Virus record (IMG/VR): IMGVR_UViG_3300025000_000064
Span: 32,001-96,000 of that record
Strand: one strand, 5' to 3'
DNA: 64,000 bases
DNA from: a virus
In this document: piece after piece, positions 10,230-18,170 of the stretch
Layout: every line of letters starts with the position of its first letter
Numbering within the stretch: the stretch's first letter is position 1
The notes under the pieces: model-generated
What the model saw: only the letters and a program-made list of their open reading frames with translations
Databases searched by the model: none
Told to the model about the DNA's origin: nothing
Position numbers and translations under genes: made by a program

Positions 10230-10255
10230 ATTAAAATATCTACATAAATAAGGGA

Positions 10256-10594
10256 TTATAACGAACTTACACGCACATTGTTTATTGTTAAACTTACCAT
10301 TGCTGGCAAAATATTTCTTAATCGTTTATGTAAAAAGAATAATTCTACATTTGATATATTGTCTAAATAAAGTTTTAAATAATGATTATTTATGACAATA
10401 CCAATATTGTCATATCCAATTCTATATAGGATATCTCTTAAATTTTGCTCTGAGGATATACAATACATACCAGAGGTATAAGAATCATTCAAGATATTAT
10501 TTAATCTATCAAGATTTATTTCTTCAAATTGAAAATCACGAAATCCTCGTTCTATTATTCTCGTATTTTTAAAATCAATATCTTTAATAATCAT
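10256..10594 (-). CDS. MII-family small protein (MIIKDIDF, 112 aa)
   Basis: 11-nt overlap with the upstream ORF. Confidence 0.7.
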   Translation of the reverse strand: MIIKDIDFKNTRIIERGFRDFQFEEINLDRLNNILNDSYTSGMYCISSEQNLRDILYRIGYDNIGIVINNHYLKLYLDNISNVELFFLHKRLRNILPAMVSLTINNVRVSSL

Positions 10595-10781
10595 AAAAAT
10601 TCTCTATCTTTAATTTAGTTTGAGCCTCTATCCAATGTTTAAATCTTGAAAAACACTGTTTTTTATAACAATATGTCATGAGTGGCTTTAAAGATGAAAA
10701 TTCCTGCAAATTTATCAACCCTATCATTCTTTCTATTGATATAGGCTTGTTATAATCACACATAATTGTTTTGATAATCAT
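10584..10781 (-). CDS. MII-family small protein (MIIKTIMC, 65 aa)
   Basis: TAATG-coupled to the HNH gene; ends YDY*. Confidence 0.7.
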   Translation of the reverse strand: MIIKTIMCDYNKPISIERMIGLINLQEFSSLKPLMTYCYKKQCFSRFKHWIEAQTKLKIENFYDY

Positions 10782-11620
10782 TATGCAACCTTGTTTAATT
10801 TACTATCAACTTTATCTTTTATCCATTGTGGAATATCTGATTGATTGATATCTTTTACCAAATAAGAATTAGGGAAAATATATTTTAAGGCATATTTTGC
10901 TATTGCAATAGCCTCATTCCTGTCTTTATAAAATCCAAAATCTATATTTTTCTTATTTTTTATAAAACTTATTCTATATCCCCATTTAGTTTCAATAACT
11001 CCTCGAAACAAACCATTAAATTTAGTTATATTTTGATTATTTTCTACCATTGTACATATTCTCAAATTTTCACGTCTATTATCTAATGGGTTTCCGTTTA
11101 TATGGTCAACAACCATGCCTTTTGGACAATTCATTATAAATCTATGTAGGGATATAGAATCTTTCTTGGTAATCATTACATAATTATTTTTTTTAACATA
11201 CCATCTGTTTCTAATTACCCTTCCTAAGTCTTCTAAAGAAATTAGAAATTCTTTTGTTTCTGCGTTGTCTTTATGTACATAAATAATTACATAATTATTA
11301 CATATTTTATAATTATTGTTTGTATTTAGTTTGTATTTTCTTAAATTATGCAATTTTCTTCTGTTGTCCACACATGAAACTTTACATCCAATAAGTTTCG
11401 CAAGTTCTTTATCGGGCAAGCTTGCATTGTTTTTTAATATTTCTGTGTGTTCATTCGTCCAGATAAAAAAATTACTTTTGCGCAATTTTAATTTTTTGGC
11501 TTTTGCCGAAATAGATTTTTTAGACCTGTTTGGCAGCAACATTAAGAGATTATCAATGTCCAGTTTTGAATAATTATCTTTTAGCAATTTTTCTTCTTTT
11601 TCTGTCCACAATTCTGCCAT
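10781..11620 (-). CDS. HNH homing endonuclease with N-terminal Myb/HTH-like repeats and AP2-like C-terminus
   Basis: SLHRFIM..PKGMVVDHINGNPLDNRRENLR; WTEKEE and WTNEH repeats. Confidence 0.85.
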   Translation of the reverse strand: MAELWTEKEEKLLKDNYSKLDIDNLLMLLPNRSKKSISAKAKKLKLRKSNFFIWTNEHTEILKNNASLPDKELAKLIGCKVSCVDNRRKLHNLRKYKLNTNNNYKICNNYVIIYVHKDNAETKEFLISLEDLGRVIRNRWYVKKNNYVMITKKDSISLHRFIMNCPKGMVVDHINGNPLDNRRENLRICTMVENNQNITKFNGLFRGVIETKWGYRISFIKNKKNIDFGFYKDRNEAIAIAKYALKYIFPNSYLVKDINQSDIPQWIKDKVDSKLNKVA

Positions 11621-12177
11621 TAGTCAATCTGCTTCCTAATATATCCACTAATATCGACACTGTTTTGTTGTCTCACTTCATAGAAACCTCTGCATAGCAC
11701 TCTCTGACCATGTTCTTGGTGGGCTAAGAACGTACCCTCGCCTAGTTCTATATACATATTTCCAACTGTTGTGCTTTTCATCCAATCAGAAACAGGCAAT
11801 CCCATTTTTGAATAAGCTTCGTGTTGGTTTATGCCTTTTGATTCATAAATTTTAAATGCGCTATTGGCACTTACTAACCTGTGAGTATTCCCATTTAAAG
11901 TGGACTGGGTGAGAATATCTGTATTGGATATTTTTAATTCTAAATCAAATTTTTTAGGGTCAACGAAATGCCTTGAAGAATTTCTTAAAATCAAACAATC
12001 TCCCTGTCTTGCAATTGGAGTCTTTTCATTAATGGTAATATCTGACCAGTCTTCTTTATTTCTTCCTAATAAGTCGCATATGTCTTGAACTGTCCAGTCT
12101 TCTGTAACTGGGGCTATTTTTTGAATGTTTTCTGTTGATAGCTCAATGGCTTCTCTTGTTAAAATTTTTGTTTCCAT
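11620..12177 (-). CDS. conserved hypothetical protein (RQGD...H...HxEH family)
   Basis: ARQGDCLI, GNTHRL, LAHQEHG, RGFYEVRQQ motifs. Confidence 0.6.
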   Translation of the reverse strand: METKILTREAIELSTENIQKIAPVTEDWTVQDICDLLGRNKEDWSDITINEKTPIARQGDCLILRNSSRHFVDPKKFDLELKISNTDILTQSTLNGNTHRLVSANSAFKIYESKGINQHEAYSKMGLPVSDWMKSTTVGNMYIELGEGTFLAHQEHGQRVLCRGFYEVRQQNSVDISGYIRKQID

Positions 12178-12207
12178 TTTGTTCTCTCTTTCTTTTGTTT
12201 GTAAATT

Positions 12208-12363
12208 CTAATTAAATACTAAATATTTTGTTCTTATCAATTCTTTTATTGTTCTTTCAAACCTACCATTAATTAAACTTTGAGTCGCACAAAATCCTCT
12301 GTTTTTATACCATCCAAAATCCACATTATTGACTTTGATTATTTTAACTTCTTTTATTATCAT
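12208..12363 (-). CDS. MII-family microprotein (51 aa, MIIKEVKII)
   Basis: hand-translated; below the ORF-track cutoff. Confidence 0.65.
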   Translation of the reverse strand: MIIKEVKIIKVNNVDFGWYKNRGFCATQSLINGRFERTIKELIRTKYLVFN

Positions 12364-12366
12364 AAT

Positions 12367-12414
12367 CTAATATCTGTCCTTTGTCAATCTGTTGAACATT
12401 TGCTTAATAATCAT
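12367..12414 (-). CDS. MII-family minigene (15 aa, MIIKQMFNRLTKDRY)
   Basis: hand-translated; 11-nt overlap with the upstream ORF. Confidence 0.45.
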   Translation of the reverse strand: MIIKQMFNRLTKDRY

Positions 12415-12616
12415 AACTTCTACCAAAAATATTATAGCTATCATATAGCCTCGTACATCTTTCTCCAATTTGCAAGCCTATATTTTTCATTGGAACAGAA
12501 ATACGATAATGCTCATTGTCAAATATCTTTATTAATGTTTCTTCCAAAGTCACTTCCGTGAACATATTTATCTCAAATGTTCCAGTGTCTATGATTCTGA
12601 AAGTCTTAATTATCAT
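12404..12616 (-). CDS. MII-family microprotein (70 aa, MIIKTFRII)
   Basis: 11-nt overlap; ends YDY*. Confidence 0.7.
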   Translation of the reverse strand: MIIKTFRIIDTGTFEINMFTEVTLEETLIKIFDNEHYRISVPMKNIGLQIGERCTRLYDSYNIFGRSYDY

Positions 12617-12779
12617 AGTATCTCCACCTTAATCGATATAAGGAAGAGGCATAATCCTTATAATCTAAAGGGTCTGTTATAAGAAACTCTGGGTAAATAT
12701 ATTTTTCATGATACTTATATCCCATAGTTAAGAAATAATTTTCTTTTAATTTACTCTTTGTGGCTTTTATTATTATCAT
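12606..12779 (-). CDS. MII-family microprotein (57 aa, MIIIKATKS, IYPEFL)
   Basis: hand-translated; ATGA overlap; ends YDN*. Confidence 0.65.
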   Translation of the reverse strand: MIIIKATKSKLKENYFLTMGYKYHEKYIYPEFLITDPLDYKDYASSLYRLRWRYYDN

Positions 12780-12931
12780 TGCAATCTATACTCATAACAT
12801 GCCCACATACAACATTTTTTATCATTAAACGTAAATGATTTATTCTTAACAAAGCCTCTACATATATGCCAAACTAATCCATTGCATGGAACATATAATA
12901 TTTCAAAATCCTTTATTGCTTTAATTATCAT
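12776..12931 (-). CDS. MII-family microprotein (51 aa, MIIKAIKDF, Cys/Trp-rich)
   Basis: hand-translated; AAGGAG RBS. Confidence 0.65.
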   Translation of the reverse strand: MIIKAIKDFEILYVPCNGLVWHICRGFVKNKSFTFNDKKCCMWACYEYRLQ

Positions 12932-12956
12932 TTATTATTTCTCCTTATGCAGTTTG

Positions 12957-13106
12957 CTAAAAATCGCAATGATTCCAGAACCTATTAGTATAACGCTCTT
13001 TAGTATATTCGTTATATTCAGGATACATAAATAAATACACAGTATCTGTCAACAAATAATCTCCATCATCAAATATAGGAATACGGATTGCGTTCTTAAT
13101 TATCAT
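12957..13106 (-). CDS. MII-family microprotein (49 aa, MIIKNAIRI, MYPEY)
   Basis: start moved from 13142 to the coupled ATG. Confidence 0.65.
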   Translation of the reverse strand: MIIKNAIRIPIFDDGDYLLTDTVYLFMYPEYNEYTKERYTNRFWNHCDF

Positions 13107-13407
13107 ATAAATATTCCTCCAAGCTATTATTCCATGAGCCATAATTGGGTTCTCTACTACTTGTATAATAATTCTTAATCATAACCTCTTTGCATGACTT
13201 TGAATATTTTACCAAAAACTCTGGGTATAAATGCTTATTATATACAGCTTGATATGATTTAAATACTTCTTTATTTATATCTAAATAATACAAATTATTA
13301 TTGTCATTTTTATTATAAAATTTATAACATGGTATTCTATAAAAATATTTTCTGAGTCTCCCAGATTGACTTGCAAAGTTTTTACTGTAAGCATCTTTTA
13401 TTATCAT
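13096..13407 (-). CDS. MII-family small protein (103 aa, MIIKDAYSK, LYPEFL)
   Basis: start moved from 13419 to the ATGA-coupled ATG; ends YDN*. Confidence 0.7.
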   Translation of the reverse strand: MIIKDAYSKNFASQSGRLRKYFYRIPCYKFYNKNDNNNLYYLDINKEVFKSYQAVYNKHLYPEFLVKYSKSCKEVMIKNYYTSSREPNYGSWNNSLEEYLYDN

Positions 13408-13577
13408 ACTGCAACCCATTCTATCAAATAACCATTTTCATTCTTGCTTCTTTTGGCTCGTTTAACATCTCCGCTAATAAATGGATAACAGACAATTCCT
13501 TTATCAAATGTTCTGTTCCAGATAAAAATTTCTACTTCATAATATTTTTTGTTAATTCTGATTTCTCTAATTATCAT
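13404..13577 (-). CDS. MII-family microprotein (57 aa, MIIREIRIN)
   Basis: hand-translated; AGGA upstream. Confidence 0.65.
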   Translation of the reverse strand: MIIREIRINKKYYEVEIFIWNRTFDKGIVCYPFISGDVKRAKRSKNENGYLIEWVAV

Positions 13578-13584
13578 AATAAAA

Positions 13585-13755
13585 TCATCCTATTAATTTC
13601 CAGTTAAAGTCAGTTGTATTCATTTGAGGTTTTCCATATGCTATTAAGCCAGTATTGTGATGATAATAACAATCCTCTATATAATTCAAAAGGGTTCTGC
13701 TATTGTAAAATGGCTTGTCTATTCCTGTTATTATCCTAAATTGTTTAATAATCAC
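13585..13755 (-). CDS. MII-family microprotein (56 aa, GTG start, MIIKQFRII)
   Basis: hand-translated; GTGA overlap. Confidence 0.65.
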   Translation of the reverse strand: MIIKQFRIITGIDKPFYNSRTLLNYIEDCYYHHNTGLIAYGKPQMNTTDFNWKLIG

Positions 13756-13928
13756 AATATATCACTCAATTTTAATCCGTATAAATAATAGTATTTTTCG
13801 ATATATTCATCTAAGTCGTTGTATTGGGCTGGATAATATATCTTAAACCAATAATCTTTAAACATAGAGCATAATTGACCATGTTTATTTGTTGCAGATT
13901 TTATTAATTTTATTGTTTTGATAATCAT
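13752..13928 (-). CDS. MII-family microprotein (58 aa, MIIKTIKLI)
   Basis: hand-translated; TAATG coupling. Confidence 0.65.
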   Translation of the reverse strand: MIIKTIKLIKSATNKHGQLCSMFKDYWFKIYYPAQYNDLDEYIEKYYYLYGLKLSDIL

Positions 13929-14086
13929 TATATCTCTTTTCTGAAGCTATAAAATGCGTTTGTATTATACCCAATCAAAGCTCTCTTACAAATAATAAAC
14001 TCTGGATATATTTTTATTCTATCTTGGCTATTTGTATGCAATATAAAAACTTCATGGTAATGCTTATAGGCATCCAATATAATCAT
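13928..14086 (-). CDS. MII-family microprotein (52 aa, MIILDAYKH, IYPEFI)
   Basis: hand-translated; ATGA overlap. Confidence 0.65.
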   Translation of the reverse strand: MIILDAYKHYHEVFILHTNSQDRIKIYPEFIICKRALIGYNTNAFYSFRKEI

Positions 14087-14235
14087 AGTAATTCCTTTAT
14101 CATATCATCAAATATGAAATCCTCCTTTGATAAATATTCATAAAAGCATGCATCAAATTCTTTTAAAAATATTCTATTTGATATATAGTTTCTCTGAAAA
14201 TATTTTCTTAAAAATGATTTATCTATTATTATCAT
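14083..14235 (-). CDS. MII-family microprotein (50 aa, MIIIDKSFL)
   Basis: hand-translated. Confidence 0.6.
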   Translation of the reverse strand: MIIIDKSFLRKYFQRNYISNRIFLKEFDACFYEYLSKEDFIFDDMIKELL

Positions 14236-14238
14236 TAT

Positions 14239-14514
14239 TTATCCATCTCTTCTAAAATTAAACTTGGACTCAATTAGATATTTTATTTTAAAGATATCTT
14301 TAATGTTTAAGCTTTTTATTGCTTTGTTTAACTCTAAATACAACTTCTTCCTTATATCACATTCTGGAATTAATGTTAGTTGCTTACAGTGGCTCTTATA
14401 TTCAATTCCACCTATCTCTGGGCAAAATTTGTTCCCAAAATAGTCTGTTTCAAATCTTAAGAATGCATCATCTGGCAAGTCTTTTATTAATTCTCTAAAT
14501 TCTTTTAAATACAT
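14239..14514 (-). CDS. hypothetical protein
   Basis: 91-aa ORF with GGAAGG RBS. Confidence 0.65.
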   Translation of the reverse strand: MYLKEFRELIKDLPDDAFLRFETDYFGNKFCPEIGGIEYKSHCKQLTLIPECDIRKKLYLELNKAIKSLNIKDIFKIKYLIESKFNFRRDG

Positions 14515-14674
14515 TGCTTTCCTTCCATTTGCTATTTTTAAAAAAATAAGCCATATCGAATTTATGATAATCTTCTGCCATCTTTACAATATCATCCTTG
14601 TCGGAAATATCACTAAATAATGCAGAAATTAATAAATAGTTAAATTTATAAGATATAACTCTTCTTAATATCAT
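14495..14674 (-). CDS. MII-like microprotein (59 aa, MILRRVISY)
   Basis: hand-translated; ATGA overlap with the 14671 ORF. Confidence 0.5.
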   Translation of the reverse strand: MILRRVISYKFNYLLISALFSDISDKDDIVKMAEDYHKFDMAYFFKNSKWKESNVFKRI

Positions 14675-15336
14675 ATCTGAAAAGCAATTCCTTCTTCTGC
14701 AAAATCAATACCAGCATTCATGCAACACAGATGCTCTTTGACTGTATTAAATGTTGAAGGTTGAATATAATGTCTATTAGATGTCGGACACCAGTATTCT
14801 ATAAAAGATATGCCCCTTATTGCATTATCTCTTCTGCTGAATCCGTTTCTGTTATCAAACAATGAATCATCTTTTAATCTATATAAATTATATAAAGAAC
14901 CTTTAACTTCGCAAGAATCTATTTTGTTGAATAAATCAGGACTCATAATTTTTGCTAAATCAACTCTTTCCATAAACCATGCAATCAAATCTGCATTTGT
15001 TATTGATAGAATATCTTGAATTGTGATATTCTTTAAATCAACAAGTTTTTCTTCTATTGGCGTGAATGGAGATGATGTTTCAAACACTGCTTGCTCAACA
15101 TAATTAAAACTTGATTCGTCTTTGGCATGTGTTTTAATTTCACCTTTTGGCACTTCTGTTAATACAAAGAATTGGTATTTGTCTTCAACGATATCATAGC
15201 AACACATGAAGTCCAAGCCAATATCTCTCAGGTCATGTGTGATGATTCTTTTGTTGACGTTAATCTCTGAATTGAAATAGTTCAATGATTGTTCTTTAAC
15301 AAAACTCTTGATTTCTTTTAAGTCTTTTGCTGTCAT
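14671..15336 (-). CDS. DUF6745-like conserved hypothetical protein
   Basis: C-terminal YNLYR...IEYWCPTSNRHY resembles the CPSTGR.Y motif family. Confidence 0.5.
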   Translation of the reverse strand: MTAKDLKEIKSFVKEQSLNYFNSEINVNKRIITHDLRDIGLDFMCCYDIVEDKYQFFVLTEVPKGEIKTHAKDESSFNYVEQAVFETSSPFTPIEEKLVDLKNITIQDILSITNADLIAWFMERVDLAKIMSPDLFNKIDSCEVKGSLYNLYRLKDDSLFDNRNGFSRRDNAIRGISFIEYWCPTSNRHYIQPSTFNTVKEHLCCMNAGIDFAEEGIAFQI

Positions 15337-15351
15337 TGTTTTCTCCTTTTT

Positions 15352-15609
15352 CTATTTACTGTATACTTTTACTGGTAACCCTTTATTATATATAAATCTG
15401 TATAATTCTGCAACGTATGTTTTTGCCCATTTTGATTTTTCTAAATTGTATGTATTCAGTTTGGCAATTATTAAATCTTCTGGTATATATCTCATCAAGA
15501 AAGAGCCTAAATTATACATTCTGAATCTTCTACTTTCTATATTGTTAGAAATATAGGCAATATCATGAGATGGAGCGAAAGCATATATTTTATTTTTCAT
15601 GATTATCAT
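15352..15609 (-). CDS. MII-family small protein (85 aa, MIIMKNKIY)
   Basis: ORF track; YIPEDL motif variant. Confidence 0.65.
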   Translation of the reverse strand: MIIMKNKIYAFAPSHDIAYISNNIESRRFRMYNLGSFLMRYIPEDLIIAKLNTYNLEKSKWAKTYVAELYRFIYNKGLPVKVYSK

Positions 15610-15679
15610 TATATCATACCATTATATTTATCTGCAATATGTTCATTAAAATATTCACGTCCATGCCTTAGAGAGGCTT

Positions 15680-15790
15680 TCATATATCCAGCCACCCATA
15701 TCTTAAGCCTTCTGGATAAAGGACAAACTCATTATTTGCATAATTATAAACAATGGCATTTCTTATATATTTGTCTCTCAATATTATCAT
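15680..15790 (-). CDS. MII-family microprotein (36 aa, MIILRDKYI, LYPEG), possibly a frameshifted gene
   Basis: hand-translated; followed by a 24-aa ORF (15609-15683) in another frame. Confidence 0.5.
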   Translation of the reverse strand: MIILRDKYIRNAIVYNYANNEFVLYPEGLRYGWLDI

Positions 15791-15800
15791 ACATTTATTC

Positions 15801-16016
15801 CTATGTCTTTTTTAAAATATTTACATTTTCATAAGGGACTTTTAGTTTATCTTCAAATTGTTTTCTTAATTTAGCATGAAGATTATAAGAATTATAATAT
15901 TCTATCGCCCCTAATAAACAGTATTCTGGAAGAACATATTCTAAAACACATGAGTTTATGAATTGCACTTTAAGGTTTTTGTTAGGAGATTTATCTAAGA
16001 AATTTACTATTATCAT
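15801..16016 (-). CDS. MII-family microprotein (71 aa, MIIVNFLDK)
   Basis: ORF track; VLPEY motif variant. Confidence 0.65.
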   Translation of the reverse strand: MIIVNFLDKSPNKNLKVQFINSCVLEYVLPEYCLLGAIEYYNSYNLHAKLRKQFEDKLKVPYENVNILKKT

Positions 16017-16274
16017 TCTTCCCTTTCTAAAAATTTTTTATTTGGTAACAATATACTTGCGCATTTTTGAGGTATTCCTAATTATAAACTTTGATAATAC
16101 TTCTTTGCCTCTTTTAAAAGAGAAAGTAGTTCTATATATTTTTTTTTATCCTCTATTGCTTTCTCTATTCTGGGGACAAGTACTGGACAATCTTTTTTAA
16201 AATAATCCCTTCTTTGTTCCAATTCTCTTAATGTTTGAGCATGTATATATGTATATTTCATTTGATATTTTCTC

Positions 16275-16712
16275 CTATTTTATTTCTATTGCCTCTTTAT
16301 TTTTATGTTTTGTGTGCCAATAATAATCATAGCATGGAATATCATTTGGAAATATGTCTTTATAAAATTCATAATTCTTAAATAATAAAGCTTGCCTATG
16401 ACTTCTATGAAATTCTTCTAAGCCAATGAATTCTGGCAATGAAAAATTATCATTAATATTGACATCATATAATTTCATTGTGTTTTTATATCCTCGTCTT
16501 ATCCATTCTAAAATCATACAATTGCAATAATATTTTAATGCTTCTATATTATCTTTCCACATCAATGTTGCAGGGTGATTCTTCCAGCCTTTTGATTTAT
16601 TTTCTAATGTATTTATAATCTGAAAAGCCTCCACTCTTTGCTTTCCGAGCCTTCTATAGTCTAAAGCTTTTGCTGATTCATTAAAGTCAGGAAACGGTAA
16701 AAATGTTTGCAT
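16275..16712 (-). CDS. pyrimidine dimer DNA glycosylase family protein (MSMEG_6728/DenV-like)
   Basis: MQTFLP...LDYRRLGKQRVE, HPATLMW, FHRSHRQALL. Confidence 0.85.
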   Translation of the reverse strand: MQTFLPFPDFNESAKALDYRRLGKQRVEAFQIINTLENKSKGWKNHPATLMWKDNIEALKYYCNCMILEWIRRGYKNTMKLYDVNINDNFSLPEFIGLEEFHRSHRQALLFKNYEFYKDIFPNDIPCYDYYWHTKHKNKEAIEIK

Positions 16713-16765
16713 ATATTTCTCCTATATATAATGTATAAACTTTGCCTTATTTATTAATTAATCTC

Positions 16766-16794
16766 ATAATATATCCACTTGGGGGATTTGTCAA
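16766..16794 (-). promoter_or_regulatory. sigma70/sigmaA-type promoter heading the 16.7-10.2 kb operon
   Basis: AGG-TTGACA-N17-TATTAT. Confidence 0.7.
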
Positions 16795-16909
16795 CCTAAA
16801 TTTATATTATTATATAATTATGTTACAAAATAAATAAAAGAAAGGATATTTGAATATCATTATAATCTATATCTATAAAAAGTAAAGCATTAATTACAAA
16901 GGAGAAATC

Positions 16910-17365
16910 ATGAACAAGCTAACACTATTAAGACAAGTCATTGAAAGAGAAGACATTTTGGATGAAAGATTCATTGAGAAATCTTATTTTAAAAATGAAG
17001 AAGATTATTTGTCAATTCTAACAAACACAATTAAAACATTAAAAAAACATGGAATCAATTCACTCATCGGAAACAAAGATTTAAAGATACTTTATTCGCA
17101 AAGAAAAAATGTTTTATTTATATCTCAGCATGCCATCATGGATATTGAAGAAATAATCTCCGTAACAGACGATATGAAGAAAGCAGGAATAAAAGGAGAA
17201 ACGATAACACAAAAATATTCTTTGGAAGATGAGTTCATACTGCACACAATTAGAAATCCTAAAAATGAACTTCTATCAGACTTATCAATTAAGAAATTAC
17301 CAAAACCAAAAATTGACAACAGACAAGTTATAAACACAGTTAAAGATATCAAGAAAGCAAGCTGA
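16910..17365 (+). CDS. hypothetical protein
   Basis: 151-aa ORF with AAGGAG RBS. Confidence 0.7.
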   Translation: MNKLTLLRQVIEREDILDERFIEKSYFKNEEDYLSILTNTIKTLKKHGINSLIGNKDLKILYSQRKNVLFISQHAIMDIEEIISVTDDMKKAGIKGETITQKYSLEDEFILHTIRNPKNELLSDLSIKKLPKPKIDNRQVINTVKDIKKAS

Positions 17366-17444
17366 TACAAATATATCTAAAACATATTTAAGATGTTTTT
17401 ATCACAGTAACTATGCAGAGAATTAATTTAAAGAAAGGCAAATT

Positions 17445-17849
17445 ATGAATACTAAATTAGATAAAGAAATAAATGAATACCAAACAATAATAGAAGATGC
17501 TCAAAAAATTATAGAAAAGTTAAAAGCAAAAAGTGAAGTTATAAAAAATATAGAAAATGAAAAAATAAAGACAGAACATAAGAAGCCAAAACTCTCAGAC
17601 TTTAAAAGATTATATTTCAAAGGTGATAAAATATTAGAAGAGAATCATGACAACATAGAACTAACAGTTAATGATGAAGACTTCACTAAAACAACGCAAA
17701 AAAGATTCTCTGAATATTCTAAAACTTATGACATACCTTTGGATATTCATGGAATAAAAGTTGATGATAAAGTTCAATGGTGCAAAGAGATAACATATAA
17801 GGGCATAAATAAAGAGTTTAAAAATAATAGATTATTATTAGCTAAATAA
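17445..17849 (+). CDS. hypothetical protein
   Basis: 134-aa ORF with AAAGG RBS. Confidence 0.7.
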   Translation: MNTKLDKEINEYQTIIEDAQKIIEKLKAKSEVIKNIENEKIKTEHKKPKLSDFKRLYFKGDKILEENHDNIELTVNDEDFTKTTQKRFSEYSKTYDIPLDIHGIKVDDKVQWCKEITYKGINKEFKNNRLLLAK

Positions 17850-17872
17850 AATGTAAAGAAACATTGCAAAAT

Positions 17873-17899
17873 AAAAGAGCCTATTGACTAGGCTCTTTT
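17873..17899 (+). terminator. intrinsic terminator (potentially bidirectional)
   Basis: AAAAGAGCCTA-TTGAC-TAGGCTCTTTT. Confidence 0.8.
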
Positions 17900-17944
17900 T
17901 GTCGTTTATAATAAAGATTGAGTAAGTAATATTTAGGAGGTTGT

Positions 17945-18163
17945 ATGCGTTGTATTGATTGTTTTAAATACGAAAAAGAAATTGTTTCTATCAAGATGGA
18001 TTTGGAAACACTAATAGAAGAGTTATTAGATATTGATACAAATAATATCAAAGCAAATTCCATATTAAGTAAATATTTTGATTTATCAATGAATAGAAAA
18101 AAAGATATTGATAAATTTTATATTGATAAGTTACCAGTTAGGAAAGTAGTGAGTATAAGATAG
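17945..18163 (+). CDS. hypothetical protein
   Basis: 72-aa ORF with AGGAGG RBS. Confidence 0.65.
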   Translation: MRCIDCFKYEKEIVSIKMDLETLIEELLDIDTNNIKANSILSKYFDLSMNRKKDIDKFYIDKLPVRKVVSIR

Positions 18164-18170
18164 GAGCATC

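Noticed and set aside
12361-12414. Stop-codon recoding (TAG readthrough would fuse the 15-aa minigene to the next MII gene)
   Set aside because: Long genes (dnaE, dnaG, helicase, A1-like) are intact under code 11 and gene density is already high; a single in-frame case is not evidence of recoding.
10131-15612. Fur-box-like ATGATAATCAT sequences at the MII junctions and at 10131-10150
   Set aside because: Only half-site resemblance, expected from Met-Ile-Ile codons in AT-rich DNA; synonymous variants break the DNA motif but keep the peptide.
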